IMG/VR virus record: IMGVR_UViG_3300005824_000050
Origin: a virus
DNA length: 41,948 nucleotides
Strand: one strand, 5' to 3'
The stretch's first letter is position 1. Every line of letters begins with the position of its first letter. The position numbers were made by a program, and so were the translations under genes. Below are positions 7,001 through 16,884 of this stretch, piece by piece. The notes under the pieces were generated by a model. It saw only the letters and a list, made by a program, of their open reading frames with translations. It ran no database searches and was not told the DNA's origin.

Positions 7001-8646
7001 GCATGACCCTCGAAGCCGCGGAGGCCCAGGTCCGGTCGCTGCCCGCCGAGATACGCGAGCAGTTGATTGCGGCGACCGGAGCCTGGGCCCCTCTGCCAGG
7101 ACCGCAGACTGAGGCGTACCTGTCCCTGGCTGACATCCTGTTCTATGGCGGGGCCGCTGGAGGGGGGAAGACGGACCTCCTTCTCGGGGTGGCACTGAAC
7201 GAGCATCAGCGGGCGTGCATCTGGAGGCGGGAGTCCCCGCAGCTTCAGGGAATCACCGACAGGATGAACGAGATACGCCCCGATGCCCGGGACCACTTCC
7301 ATAGCCAGAAGGGCATTTGGACCTTCCCCGGCGGCCCCCAGATTGAACTAGGCTCGTGCCCCCATGTGGGCAATGAGACCCGGTATCAGGGCCGGCCGCA
7401 TGACCTGAAAGGCTTCGATGAGATATGCCACTTCACTGAGGGGCAGTTCCGTTTTCTCATTGGCTGGCTGAGGTCGACCACGCCGGGCCAGAGGAAGCGG
7501 GTCGTGTGCACCGGCAACCCGCCGACACGGCCGGAGGAGCGGTGGGTTATAGACTTCTGGGGACCCTGGCTGAAGAAAGACCACCCGAACCCCGCGAAGC
7601 CGGGTGAGCTTCGGTACTTCTACACCGACCCCGAGACCGGCCGGGACACGGAACACCCAGATGGTGTCCCCTTCTTTCACGAGGAGAGCGGGGAGGTGGT
7701 GCTGCCACTGTCGCGCACATTCATCTCGTCCGAGATTGACGACAACCCGTTCCTCGCCCGCTCAGGGAACCGCTCAGTGCTCCAGGGGCTGCCTGAACCG
7801 TTGCGTAGTCAGCTACTCAAGGGCAACTTCTACGCAGGGCTCCAGGACCACGAGAGACAGGTCATCCCGACAGCCTGGGTGCAGGCCGCGATGGACCGGT
7901 GGAAGCCCCGAGACGATAAGGGGCAGATGACCGCGGTGGGCGTGGACCCGAACCGGGGAGGCGCGGACAAGCTCGGGTTGTCGCGCCGGCACGGGTCGTG
8001 GTTCGATGAGATTCTCACCTATTCAGGCGCCGAGGTCCCAGACGGGCCTGCGGCGGCGTCTATCGTGGTTCAACATCTTCGGGGTGCGTGCCCTATCAAT
8101 GTCGACGTTATCGGCTACGGGTCGTCGTGTGTTGACTTCCTCACCGGATTAGGTTTAAACGTCAATGCGATGAACGGGTCCGCGGGGTCGTCCCTGGTGG
8201 ATAAGACGGGCCGGCTGAAGTTCTACAATCTCAGGACCAAATGGTACTGGGAGCTTCGGGAGATGCTTGACCCGGCGAACACCGAACCTGTTGCACTGCC
8301 TCCAGACTCGGCGCTCCTGGCTGAACTGTGCGCTCCTCGGTACACCGTGAAGACCTCAGGCTCGGGCTCTGGGCTCACCGCTACGATTCAGGTGGAGAGC
8401 AAGGATGAGCTTCTGAAGCCTTCCCGTCTGGGTCGGAGCCCGGACATGGCGGACGCCCTGGTCTATGCCTCGGCGGGCATGGAGAACTGGGGCACGTACC
8501 CCGCGGGTAGCCGGATGGGCGGCCCACGGGATATTATCAGCCAGAGGACCCGCCCTGAATCGGCCAAACGCGGCCAGAGTAGCCCAGTTGGCGGAGACTG
8601 GAACCGTTCCCTGGACTACAGCAACATCGACCGAGGCATTGTCTGA
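6997..8646 (+). CDS. terL: terminase large subunit
   Basis: Walker A YGGAAGGGKTD near the N-terminus; 549 aa; sits directly upstream of portal; GTGA-coupled start (alternative ATG at 7003). Confidence 0.9.
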   Translation: MSMTLEAAEAQVRSLPAEIREQLIAATGAWAPLPGPQTEAYLSLADILFYGGAAGGGKTDLLLGVALNEHQRACIWRRESPQLQGITDRMNEIRPDARDHFHSQKGIWTFPGGPQIELGSCPHVGNETRYQGRPHDLKGFDEICHFTEGQFRFLIGWLRSTTPGQRKRVVCTGNPPTRPEERWVIDFWGPWLKKDHPNPAKPGELRYFYTDPETGRDTEHPDGVPFFHEESGEVVLPLSRTFISSEIDDNPFLARSGNRSVLQGLPEPLRSQLLKGNFYAGLQDHERQVIPTAWVQAAMDRWKPRDDKGQMTAVGVDPNRGGADKLGLSRRHGSWFDEILTYSGAEVPDGPAAASIVVQHLRGACPINVDVIGYGSSCVDFLTGLGLNVNAMNGSAGSSLVDKTGRLKFYNLRTKWYWELREMLDPANTEPVALPPDSALLAELCAPRYTVKTSGSGSGLTATIQVESKDELLKPSRLGRSPDMADALVYASAGMENWGTYPAGSRMGGPRDIISQRTRPESAKRGQSSPVGGDWNRSLDYSNIDRGIV

Positions 8647-10793
8647 TGGCGACACCCGAAGAGGCTCTCCCACCTGAACTCATCGACGAGGAGATGGCCC
8701 AGGAGATGCGGCGCCTGTTCGAGGAGACCGGGGGCGGAGATGAGGAGGGGGAGGCGGGGGATTTCTCCGGGCTCACCGAGGACCAGATTGTCGCCATCAT
8801 CCAGCACGACATCGAGTCGGCGGATACGGGGGAAACGTCGGACGACCGTGTCGAGGCTCTCGACTACTACATGGGCCGCAAGCGCGGGGACGAGATTGCG
8901 GGCAGGTCTCAGGTCATCAGCACCGATGTGGCCGACGTCGTTGAGTGGGTGCTCCCCGAGGTGCTGAAGGCGTTCAACAGTCCTGAAAGCACCGTCAGGT
9001 TCGACGCCATCGACGAGGAGGATGAGGAGGTCGCGCTCCTCGAAACTGAGGCCACCCATTACGAGTTCTTTGTCCGCAACAGCGGCTTCCTGAACCTCTA
9101 CACCATGGTGAAGGATGCGCTGCTATTGCGTAACGCCGTGATGAAGGTTTACCAGGACACCTCGGTCAAGGTGAGTCGTGAGACCAGAGAGGGTTTAAAC
9201 GACATCGAGTTCGCCGAGTACCTGCAACCCGACGACGGTACCGAGGTCTACCCAATCGCGCACGAGCCCTACGAGGTGATGGCGCCAGCGCCGCCAGAGA
9301 TGCAGCAGGCAGGCATCACCGAGATTCCGCTGACCCTGCATAACGTCACCATCAAGAGGGTGCGCAGTCAGGGGCGGCGACGTATCGAGGCCATCCCTCC
9401 GGAGTGTTTCCTCTATTCACGAGGGCACAACAGTCTGAATCTTGACGAGGTTCCCTTCTGCGCCCATGAACGAGAGGCAACCGAGTCACAGTTGATTTCC
9501 GAGGGGTGGGACTCCGAGATGATTCGGGCGCTACCCACGTACAACTACACCGATGAGGACGGCGTGCGTTCATCACGTCGTCCAGAGGGTATCGACCCGA
9601 CCGACTACGACCTCAGCAATCTTGACACGGCCAACAGGCCCATCAAGGTGTATGAGTGCTATAAGACCCTCGACATCGAGGGCGACGGGATGCCTGAGCT
9701 ATACATGATTCATGTGGCAGGGGACGCTGGCGGGTACCAGATGATGGGGTACGAACCGGTTGAAGAGAACCCCTTTGTCGGCACGACCTGCATCATCATG
9801 ACGCATGCCTTCGAGGGGCGAAGCCTGTTCGACCGCTGCAAACAGATTCAGGACACCAAGACCTCCTTGCAGCGCAATCTTCTGGACAACATCTACTTCC
9901 AGAACAACCAGCGCCACGAGGTGGTCACCGGGATGGTGAACCTCGACGACATGCTCACCAACCGTCCTGGAGGCATGGTCCGGGTGAAGGCTCCAGGCAT
10001 GGTCAACCCCATCCCGGTGAATCCCACTGGTGTGGAGATTTATCGCTACCTGGAGTACCTGGACCACGAGCGCGGGAATAAGACTGGCATTTCGCCCGAC
10101 GACATGCGGCAGAACAACAGGCTGCCCCAGGATTCCGCTCACGGTATCGAGAGAATCATGTCCGCGAAGGAGGAGCTTGTCGGGCTCTTCATCCGTATCC
10201 TGGCCGAGACCGGGGTGGCGCCGGTCATGCTCAAGACCCGGAACCTCCTGGTGCGTCACCAGGACTCCGAGATGCCCATCAAGGTGTCGGGGAAGTGGAA
10301 GAGGGTGGACCCTCGCAACTGGCGGGACACCCGCACAACTACGGTTACCGTTGGGCTCGGGACCGGGGACCGCAGCAGGCAGTTGCAAGTCGTGCGCGAG
10401 GTCATCACCCAGCAGGCGCAGGTCGCGATGGGTGGAGGGTTCGACGTTCTCGTGACGCACAAGCACATGCACCGGGCGTTTACGGACTTTGTCCGGTTCA
10501 GCCAACTGGGCAGCCCCGAGGACTACTGGCAGGACCCCGACAGCGACGAAGCCAAAGAGGCTATCGAGCGCCAGCGTGCAGAGCAGGAAGAGCAGGCGAC
10601 GAAGCAAGAACAGATGGAGACCATGCTGGTCCAGATGCAGGCGCAACTGGAGGACCAGGACCAGAAACTGAAGAACAGCCAGGAGATGGCGAGACTCGCG
10701 TTCGATTACCGAGAGTTGTCCGAGAAGGTGGCGACCGAGATGACCAAGCTCGAAGTGCAAAGCGGGAAGAATGTTCCGGAGAGTCGGGTTTAA
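8646..10793 (+). CDS. portal protein
   Basis: 715 aa directly after terL (TGATG overlap); long acidic, coiled-coil C-terminal barrel-like tail; stop codon is the TAA inside GTTTAAAC. Confidence 0.85.
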   Translation: MATPEEALPPELIDEEMAQEMRRLFEETGGGDEEGEAGDFSGLTEDQIVAIIQHDIESADTGETSDDRVEALDYYMGRKRGDEIAGRSQVISTDVADVVEWVLPEVLKAFNSPESTVRFDAIDEEDEEVALLETEATHYEFFVRNSGFLNLYTMVKDALLLRNAVMKVYQDTSVKVSRETREGLNDIEFAEYLQPDDGTEVYPIAHEPYEVMAPAPPEMQQAGITEIPLTLHNVTIKRVRSQGRRRIEAIPPECFLYSRGHNSLNLDEVPFCAHEREATESQLISEGWDSEMIRALPTYNYTDEDGVRSSRRPEGIDPTDYDLSNLDTANRPIKVYECYKTLDIEGDGMPELYMIHVAGDAGGYQMMGYEPVEENPFVGTTCIIMTHAFEGRSLFDRCKQIQDTKTSLQRNLLDNIYFQNNQRHEVVTGMVNLDDMLTNRPGGMVRVKAPGMVNPIPVNPTGVEIYRYLEYLDHERGNKTGISPDDMRQNNRLPQDSAHGIERIMSAKEELVGLFIRILAETGVAPVMLKTRNLLVRHQDSEMPIKVSGKWKRVDPRNWRDTRTTTVTVGLGTGDRSRQLQVVREVITQQAQVAMGGGFDVLVTHKHMHRAFTDFVRFSQLGSPEDYWQDPDSDEAKEAIERQRAEQEEQATKQEQMETMLVQMQAQLEDQDQKLKNSQEMARLAFDYRELSEKVATEMTKLEVQSGKNVPESRV

Positions 10794-10796
10794 ACG

Positions 10797-12170
10797 ATGG
10801 ACTACTCTTTCCGGTCAACGAATCCCCTGGACGTGTTGCGCAACGCCTATGGCGCCGCGGTCAACGGGCTGAAGGGGGCGCTTCAGCCTGGAGGGCGAGC
10901 CGTGGGCATGGTGGGGGCGTCTCCAGAGGAACGTCTACGCCGAATCTCCACCGCGGTGAAACAGATGGGCTACGAAAGTCGCCACGGTGCTGGAGGGGAC
11001 CCGAGCAAGCCGTACCGGGAGAAGCACTTCACCGAGATGCTCCCGACAGACCCCCAGGAGGTCACCGCCGCAGTGGCGCAGGCCGGCCTCGGTGCAGGGT
11101 TCCTGTCCCGCGGCTTCGGCGCAGGAGCCCGTAGCGGGACCCTGAACACCTTCCTCGGTCCAGAGTCCGCGACCGCGAACCTCGACGCCCTCGCTGCGGC
11201 AAAGCAATTCGAGAAGGCCGGAGTCCCGTCTCGGGATATCTGGAAGACCACCGGGTGGGGCAAGGGCCCGGACGGGAACTGGATTTATGAAATCTCGGAC
11301 GAGGCCTTGAGGGTGAAGCCGGCGATTCAGCAGCACCTGGACGACTTCGAGAGACACGCGTTGCACAAACCGAAGGACCCCAATTCTCCGGAGTGGAAAG
11401 GCTGGGTTAACAGCAATGCTGCCATGCGGGATATACCTCCCGCCGGCACCGGGTGGGGCACAGACCGCGAGCTTCAGGGGTACGCGTTGTCCGGCCGGGT
11501 GGGCGACATGGTGGACCACCCAGAGCTATTCAAGGCGCTCCCTGGCGCCAGGGACATGAACCTTTCAGCAGGGGCCCCTGTGTCCCTGGAAAGACTCCTG
11601 TCGGAGTCCAGCACCCCTAAGGTGTACGGGAGTTTCAACCCCACAGAGGACCGGGTGCGCCTGATGCGCAAGCTCTACGACCACGAGACCGTGCAGTTCT
11701 CCAACCGGGGCCCGCTGGTGCATGAGTTGCAGCACGGTGCTCAGGTGCGTGGAGGACGTTCGGCCGGAGCGTCGGTTGCGAATTTCGGGGATGACTTGTC
11801 AAAAGGCGATGCGCTGCGAGCGCTCAACACCGCGAAGGAGGCTGGTGGACTGAAGAGTCTGCCGTCGGCAGTCCTGGCCGACCCCGACAAGCTGTGGGCA
11901 GCGATTAAGGACCTGCCCCGATGGCAGCTAGGGCACAAGAGCCCTGAGGACATCATGAAGGCTGTGTTCGGGAAGCCCCGCACCGCTTACGAGAAGTATC
12001 GTGCGGTACCTGGGGAACTTGAGTCGTTTGCTACGCAGCAACGTTTAAACTGGACCCCTGAGGCGCGACGCAATCTACCCCCGTGGGAGATGCCTGAGTA
12101 CCAGAAATACAACACGATGGATGAGTTCAATCTGCCTGTCGAGTCATTCCTCCAGCAGGGGAACCGTTGA
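10797..12170 (+). CDS. large virion-module protein with HExxH (zincin-like) motif
   Basis: 457 aa; LVHELQHGAQ preceded by DHPELFKALPGARD; lies between portal and scaffold. Confidence 0.7.
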   Translation: MDYSFRSTNPLDVLRNAYGAAVNGLKGALQPGGRAVGMVGASPEERLRRISTAVKQMGYESRHGAGGDPSKPYREKHFTEMLPTDPQEVTAAVAQAGLGAGFLSRGFGAGARSGTLNTFLGPESATANLDALAAAKQFEKAGVPSRDIWKTTGWGKGPDGNWIYEISDEALRVKPAIQQHLDDFERHALHKPKDPNSPEWKGWVNSNAAMRDIPPAGTGWGTDRELQGYALSGRVGDMVDHPELFKALPGARDMNLSAGAPVSLERLLSESSTPKVYGSFNPTEDRVRLMRKLYDHETVQFSNRGPLVHELQHGAQVRGGRSAGASVANFGDDLSKGDALRALNTAKEAGGLKSLPSAVLADPDKLWAAIKDLPRWQLGHKSPEDIMKAVFGKPRTAYEKYRAVPGELESFATQQRLNWTPEARRNLPPWEMPEYQKYNTMDEFNLPVESFLQQGNR

Positions 12171-13768
12171 TGGATTTCTTCGAGCAGTTCATGCGCATGC
12201 CGACTCTCCGAGAGGTCGAGGAGCACTCTCAAAAACAGAAAGAGGTCGAGCAGGCGCGAGCAACTCAGCGAGGGTACTTCGGCCCCGAGGCCATGAGGTA
12301 CCCGAACAGTGCCTCGCCGATTCGCAACGGGGCCCTGTACGACGCAGGGCGAGCGCTTGAGAACTTCGACGTTCCTATCGCGTCGGGCCTGGGCAGGTAC
12401 ATGCGAGGGGTGGCCACCGGGGAGAAGATGGGCCCGATGGACTACCTCGGCGCGAGCCTCGACCTCCCGGTGCCTCTCGCCATGGCGGGCAAGCCCGCTG
12501 CCGCGGGAGCGCGAGCCCTGGCCAAGAAGCTACCTGAGTGGATGTCAAACAAGGCGGGCCCGCGAGCCATCACCAGGATGACCCGCAAGCAGGGCGGCGC
12601 GAGCGTTCATGCCGCAACAGGTGAGATTCCGGCCGACGGGTTCATGGTCAGCACCTACCCGAAGCGCTCGGTGGTGGTCGACGGCCCCGTCAAAGAAGCC
12701 GACGTTGCGTCGTTCCTGGCGAAGAACAAGGATGTGTTGAAGCGGCCCGACAACTTCCTCGGGACGTGGTATGAGGAGGCCACCGGGAAGACTCACCTCG
12801 ACATCTCGAAACGATTCACCGACAAGCGTAAAGCCTTCAAGACGGCGGAGAGGCACAATCAACTGGCCATCTATGATGTGGCGACCGGAAAGTCTCCCGA
12901 GGCCCCACAGAAGTGGGAGAAGTGGGCGAGAGGTCCGGAGTTCTCTGGTCGGCTCGATGAGATGTTTAAACTCGGCGACGACACGATGACCAAGGCGGGG
13001 CAGCCCGCGGACTGGTGGGAAATCTCAGGTCCGGATAACCCGTGGGAGCGTATCTACGGCGCAGGCACGCATGACCAGCGGGCAGGGTTCCTCGCCTCGA
13101 CAGCACCGAGTTCCCCCCTGAAGCAAAACACCCAGGCGGCGACCGAGTACATGCGTCGCACAGTGAAGGGGGAGCCGACCATCCAGCCCGATTGGCGCTC
13201 CCCGCTTCGCGGCAACAAGATGCCGATGGAGACCAACCGGGCGAGGAACTTAGAGCACGCCCGCGCCGGCAACCTCGGCGCGTTGCGCAGTGACAAGGTA
13301 CGAAATGAGGGGCTCGCCATCGCGGGGGACCCGAACGCTATGGTGTTTGACACCCACTGGTCGAAACTGGGGGAGGTGCCGTCTCAGAATCTCTACATGG
13401 GTCCGGACGCCAACAGGATACCCGACGAAGCCTATGGTGTGCTCGAAGACATCGTCATGACTCAGGCCAAGCAGAGGGGCATCACGCCTTCTGAGTTCGC
13501 GGCCAAGGTGTGGACCGGTATCCGGGAGCAGATGAAGACGGGCACCCTGTTCGGTGAGAAGGTGAGGAAGAGCACAGGGTCTTCGATGGGGTACACCCAC
13601 CAGTTGGAAGTCCTCATCAAAGAGGAGGCCGAACGCCGCGGCGCCACGGTGGCCGACATCGAAGCTCGATTGTCGAAGGGGGACATGAGCCTCTTCCCGG
13701 CAATCTTCGCCCCGTTCGCGGGGCTCACTGGCGTTGATTTCGGAGGAGAGTACAATGCCAACCAATGA
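12170..13768 (+). CDS. large virion-module protein, unknown function
   Basis: 532 aa; ATG overlaps the upstream TGA (TTG at 12167 also possible). Confidence 0.7.
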   Translation: MDFFEQFMRMPTLREVEEHSQKQKEVEQARATQRGYFGPEAMRYPNSASPIRNGALYDAGRALENFDVPIASGLGRYMRGVATGEKMGPMDYLGASLDLPVPLAMAGKPAAAGARALAKKLPEWMSNKAGPRAITRMTRKQGGASVHAATGEIPADGFMVSTYPKRSVVVDGPVKEADVASFLAKNKDVLKRPDNFLGTWYEEATGKTHLDISKRFTDKRKAFKTAERHNQLAIYDVATGKSPEAPQKWEKWARGPEFSGRLDEMFKLGDDTMTKAGQPADWWEISGPDNPWERIYGAGTHDQRAGFLASTAPSSPLKQNTQAATEYMRRTVKGEPTIQPDWRSPLRGNKMPMETNRARNLEHARAGNLGALRSDKVRNEGLAIAGDPNAMVFDTHWSKLGEVPSQNLYMGPDANRIPDEAYGVLEDIVMTQAKQRGITPSEFAAKVWTGIREQMKTGTLFGEKVRKSTGSSMGYTHQLEVLIKEEAERRGATVADIEARLSKGDMSLFPAIFAPFAGLTGVDFGGEYNANQ

Positions 13769-14078
13769 GTTTAAACTCGCGAACCCGCACAGGTTGCCCG
13801 AAGACGAGATACGCTTGAGGACCGAGGAGGTCCGCAAGGGAACAGAGGCGAAGGCCTTGCTCACGTCCTCGGCATTCCAGAGCGCTTTCGCAGGTATGCG
13901 CGAAGAGGTTTTCGAGCGGTTCTGGGATGCGCCGATGAGAGATGACGAGGGCGTGAAGAAGCTGAAGTCGATGGCCTGGGCCGCCCAGAACCTCATCGAC
14001 CGGCTCACCCTGGCCGTCGAGACCGGCCGTATGGCCGAGCAGCAGCTTGAGCAACATGAGACTCTGAGGAGAGACTGA
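13755..14078 (+). CDS. hypothetical head-assembly-region protein
   Basis: GGAGGAG RBS 6 nt before ATG 13755; internal start of track ORF 13734..14078. Confidence 0.65.
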   Translation: MPTNEFKLANPHRLPEDEIRLRTEEVRKGTEAKALLTSSAFQSAFAGMREEVFERFWDAPMRDDEGVKKLKSMAWAAQNLIDRLTLAVETGRMAEQQLEQHETLRRD

Positions 14079-14079
14079 A

Positions 14080-15219
14080 ATGCCGACCGGTAATCAAGAT
14101 ACTGACGCGATGCTTTCGTTCCTCGACAAAGTCGATGGGGACGTGGCCGCGCTCGATGATGCGAATTCTCCGGAAATGAACCCGGAGAATTCGCGCACCA
14201 GTCCCGAACCCGAGGGGAAATTGCCCTCTCGCTCCGATAGCCCGGAGTCTCCTCCCGGGCGGTCGGCGGGGGAAGAAGACCCCTCGGGTGAGGGAACTGA
14301 TGATGATGATGATGAAATTGGAGCCAAAGCCGCGGGGGATGAGGACCCGGCGGCTGGCGCTGATGCTGCTACCGAGGAAATGGATGCGGCCGAATTCGCA
14401 GCGTACTTTGGTGTGGAGGAAAGCGACCTCGTCGTGAACGACGACGGGACCGTGGCCTTCAAATACAAAGTGGGCGATGAGTCCGGCTCAGCTACCCTGA
14501 AAGACTTGGTTCGAGGCTACCAGCTTGAACGAAACCTCAACCAGAAGAGTGAACGTCTCAGTGAAGAAGTGCGGCAGACCCAGGAAGCACGGGCCCGCCT
14601 CATCGACGCCATTGACACCCAGAATGACCTCCTGGAGTCTCTGAAGACCCAGGTAACCAGCAAGTACGACAAGACCAACTGGGCGGAACTCGAAGAGGAC
14701 GACCCCGGCCGTGCGGCGCTCATGCGTCAGCAGATGGCCGAGGAGTTCCAGAACATCGAGTCGCAGTTGAGCCGGAATCGGCAGCACCGTGAGGCTGCGC
14801 TGGAAGAAGCTGCACAAAGGCAGCAGGTCTACCTTGCCGAGTTTTTCAAGGAAGAAGAGCAGAAGTTCATCGGGCATGTGCCCGAGTGGGGTGTCGAGAA
14901 GACTCGTGATGCACTGGCCAAGGAGTTCCGGAGTTACCTCTCCGGCCTCGGCTTCAACGACAGCGAGATGGGGGCTCTTCGGGACCACCGGATGATGCGT
15001 ATTGTGCGCGACGCTGTCGAGTTCAGGAAACTGGCCTCGACCAAGCTACCCGCAGCGCAACACAAGGTGGTCAAGGTGCCAAGGAGATTGCGTGCGGGCT
15101 CACGTCCGGACAAGGCAGCGTCCCAGGCTCAGCGCAAGCAAAGCGCCATGTCCCGGGTGCGCGAGTCAGGTTCCGACCGTGATGCGGTTGCCGCCTTCCT
15201 GGCTATTGAAGCCGTTTAA
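14080..15219 (+). CDS. scaffolding protein (putative)
   Basis: GAGGAG RBS; acidic N-terminus (DDDDDE) and long coiled coils; immediately upstream of the capsid gene. Confidence 0.7.
   Translation: MPTGNQDTDAMLSFLDKVDGDVAALDDANSPEMNPENSRTSPEPEGKLPSRSDSPESPPGRSAGEEDPSGEGTDDDDDEIGAKAAGDEDPAAGADAATEEMDAAEFAAYFGVEESDLVVNDDGTVAFKYKVGDESGSATLKDLVRGYQLERNLNQKSERLSEEVRQTQEARARLIDAIDTQNDLLESLKTQVTSKYDKTNWAELEEDDPGRAALMRQQMAEEFQNIESQLSRNRQHREAALEEAAQRQQVYLAEFFKEEEQKFIGHVPEWGVEKTRDALAKEFRSYLSGLGFNDSEMGALRDHRMMRIVRDAVEFRKLASTKLPAAQHKVVKVPRRLRAGSRPDKAASQAQRKQSAMSRVRESGSDRDAVAAFLAIEAV
14161..14195. repeat. perfect 13-bp inverted repeat GCGAATTCTCCGG-N9-CCGGAGAATTCGC inside the scaffold CDS
   Basis: Read directly; shares the AATTCTC half-site with the 1373 and 1597 palindromes. 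Confidence 0.8.
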
Positions 15220-15242
15220 ACTGACAGAGCATCCAACCCAAA

Positions 15243-16292
15243 ATGAGTACTGCAAATCACGACCGCTATGACCTCCAGACGGACGGGGACTCCGTTCGCG
15301 AAGATTTCCTGGATGTCATCTACAACATCGCGCCGACCAGGACTCCGTTCATGAGCGGAATCGGCGTGGGCTCCGCGAAGTCCGACAAGCACGAGTGGCA
15401 GACGGACGACCTCCACTCGGTGAACCCGAACAACGCGGCCGTCGACGGTGCCGACGCGGGTAATGACCAGTCCGCCACGTCCCAACGGGTGGGCAACTAC
15501 TGCCAGATTTCCACGAAGGTCATCAAGGTCTCGGGCCGCGCCGATGCGGTGACCAAGGCCGGCCGACGGACGGAACTGGCGTACCAGTTGTCCAAGGCAA
15601 CGAAGTCCATCAAGCGGGACATGGAGGCCATCCTCACGGCCAACAATGCCGCGGTGGTTGGTAGCTCCTCCACCCCGTCAGAGACCGCCGGAGCCCTCAC
15701 CTGCATCATCACCAACTGGGGCACCATGGCCGCCTCGGGCTCCACGGCTCCGGCGCTGTCGGGCACCACGTCCGGGTACCCGGACACTGCCGCGGGAGTA
15801 GCCGGGACGAATCTGCCGCTGACCGAGTCCAAGCTCCGGTCGCAGATTCAGGCCCAGTACACCCAGGGCGGGGAAGCGGACACCATCATGGTGGCGCCGG
15901 CACTGAAGCAGGTCATTTCCGAGTACCTGTTCTCCAGCAGCGCCCGTGTGGCGACCCTGTATCGTGACGAGGCGGGGAACTCCGGTCAGGCCACGGCCAC
16001 CGGTGCCGTCGACGTGTTCGTGTCGGACTTCGGCGCGTTCACCATCGTCCCGAACCTGTTCATCAACCACAACGGCACCGTGCCGGATGCCTCGGTCATG
16101 CTCATCCTCCAGATGAACATGTGGGCGGTGGCGTACCTGCGGACGTTCCGCACCATTCAGCTTGCGACCACGGGCGACGCCCAGAATCGGGAACTGCTGG
16201 TGGACTACGCCCTCAGGTTCAACAACGAGGCGGCAAACGCCAGTATCCTGGACATCGACTCGACGACTGCCATGCTGGCTGTCCCGGCGTAA
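15243..16292 (+). CDS. major capsid protein (SU10/DUF5309-like)
   Basis: 349 aa; N-terminal DFLDVIYNIAPTRTPFMSGIG...HEWQTDDL is typical of that capsid family (from memory). Confidence 0.85.
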   Translation: MSTANHDRYDLQTDGDSVREDFLDVIYNIAPTRTPFMSGIGVGSAKSDKHEWQTDDLHSVNPNNAAVDGADAGNDQSATSQRVGNYCQISTKVIKVSGRADAVTKAGRRTELAYQLSKATKSIKRDMEAILTANNAAVVGSSSTPSETAGALTCIITNWGTMAASGSTAPALSGTTSGYPDTAAGVAGTNLPLTESKLRSQIQAQYTQGGEADTIMVAPALKQVISEYLFSSSARVATLYRDEAGNSGQATATGAVDVFVSDFGAFTIVPNLFINHNGTVPDASVMLILQMNMWAVAYLRTFRTIQLATTGDAQNRELLVDYALRFNNEAANASILDIDSTTAMLAVPA

Positions 16293-16306
16293 ATGTGACC
16301 AGGAGC

Positions 16307-16338
16307 GGGGGGCCCCTTCGGGGGCCCCTCGTTTAAAC
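16307..16338 (+). terminator. stem-loop terminator after the capsid gene
   Basis: GGGGCCCC-TTCG-GGGGCCCC followed by TCGTTTAAA; 15 nt after the capsid stop; short T tract. Confidence 0.55.
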
Positions 16339-16354
16339 GACCAGGGGGACGACG

Positions 16355-16696
16355 ATGGGCCGGAGCTTCGTAATAGACGAGCACGCAGGTGGAGCGCTGC
16401 AGGACATCGTCCATGTGGACGAGGATGGTTTCACCTACGAGACCGTGCAGCACAACGAGCAGGACATCCTCTCCGGCAACGATGCAATCCGCAACGCCAG
16501 AGGTACCAGCATCACCAAGGTGGATGGAGGCTTCCACCATGTCGCCCGGATTCCCATAGAGGTGCTCGACCGGTGGAAGCGGGAGTACCCTGTCCTGGTT
16601 CATGGTAGCCGGGCTGAGCGGGACAAGATGCTCGCGGCGCTCATCAACAGCCGTGACTACAACCGGGTCCGGACTTCGGAGGCATCCAGGTTTTGA
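16355..16696 (+). CDS. hypothetical protein
   Basis: GGGGGA RBS; 113 aa. Confidence 0.6.
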   Translation: MGRSFVIDEHAGGALQDIVHVDEDGFTYETVQHNEQDILSGNDAIRNARGTSITKVDGGFHHVARIPIEVLDRWKREYPVLVHGSRAERDKMLAALINSRDYNRVRTSEASRF

Positions 16697-16884
16697 AAAA
16701 GCCCAAGATTCGCAAGCAAGGCCGGTTGATTCAACCGTTCCTGCCCGCAAGCATGACCACCGTCGCGGTTCTCCCGCGGGGTGGTTCGGTCCTACTCACC
16801 ACCGGGGGCAAGCGACGCTTCACCGCAGGGGACGCCCTCCCTGGCGCGACGTGGAAGTGACGTCACGGTCCGGCAGCTAACCTA

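Noticed and set aside
8132-8160. GTGTTGACT followed 16-18 nt later by GTTTAAAC inside terL as an internal promoter
   Set aside because: None of the possible -10 hexamers (TTTAAA, TTAAAC, TAAACG) keeps the invariant final T. This contrasts with the 36784 promoter, where TAAACT is formed. It may be a chance resemblance.
9699-10760. Long antisense or alternative-frame ORFs (for example 9699..10760 -, 22732..23628 -, 26532..27812 -, 35312..36790 +, 37501..39528 +, 40445..41413 -)
   Set aside because: They are Arg/Pro/Gly-rich and mirror well-supported genes on the opposite strand or in another frame. They lack RBSs. This is the expected stop-codon-poor artefact of high-G+C DNA.
16753-16860. 35-aa ORF (MTTVAVLPRGGSVLLTTGGKRRFTAGDALPGATWK) in the 188-bp gap before the fibre gene
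   Set aside because: It has no RBS and no recognisable features. The gap is better explained as a mosaic junction or regulatory spacer. It remains only a remote possibility.
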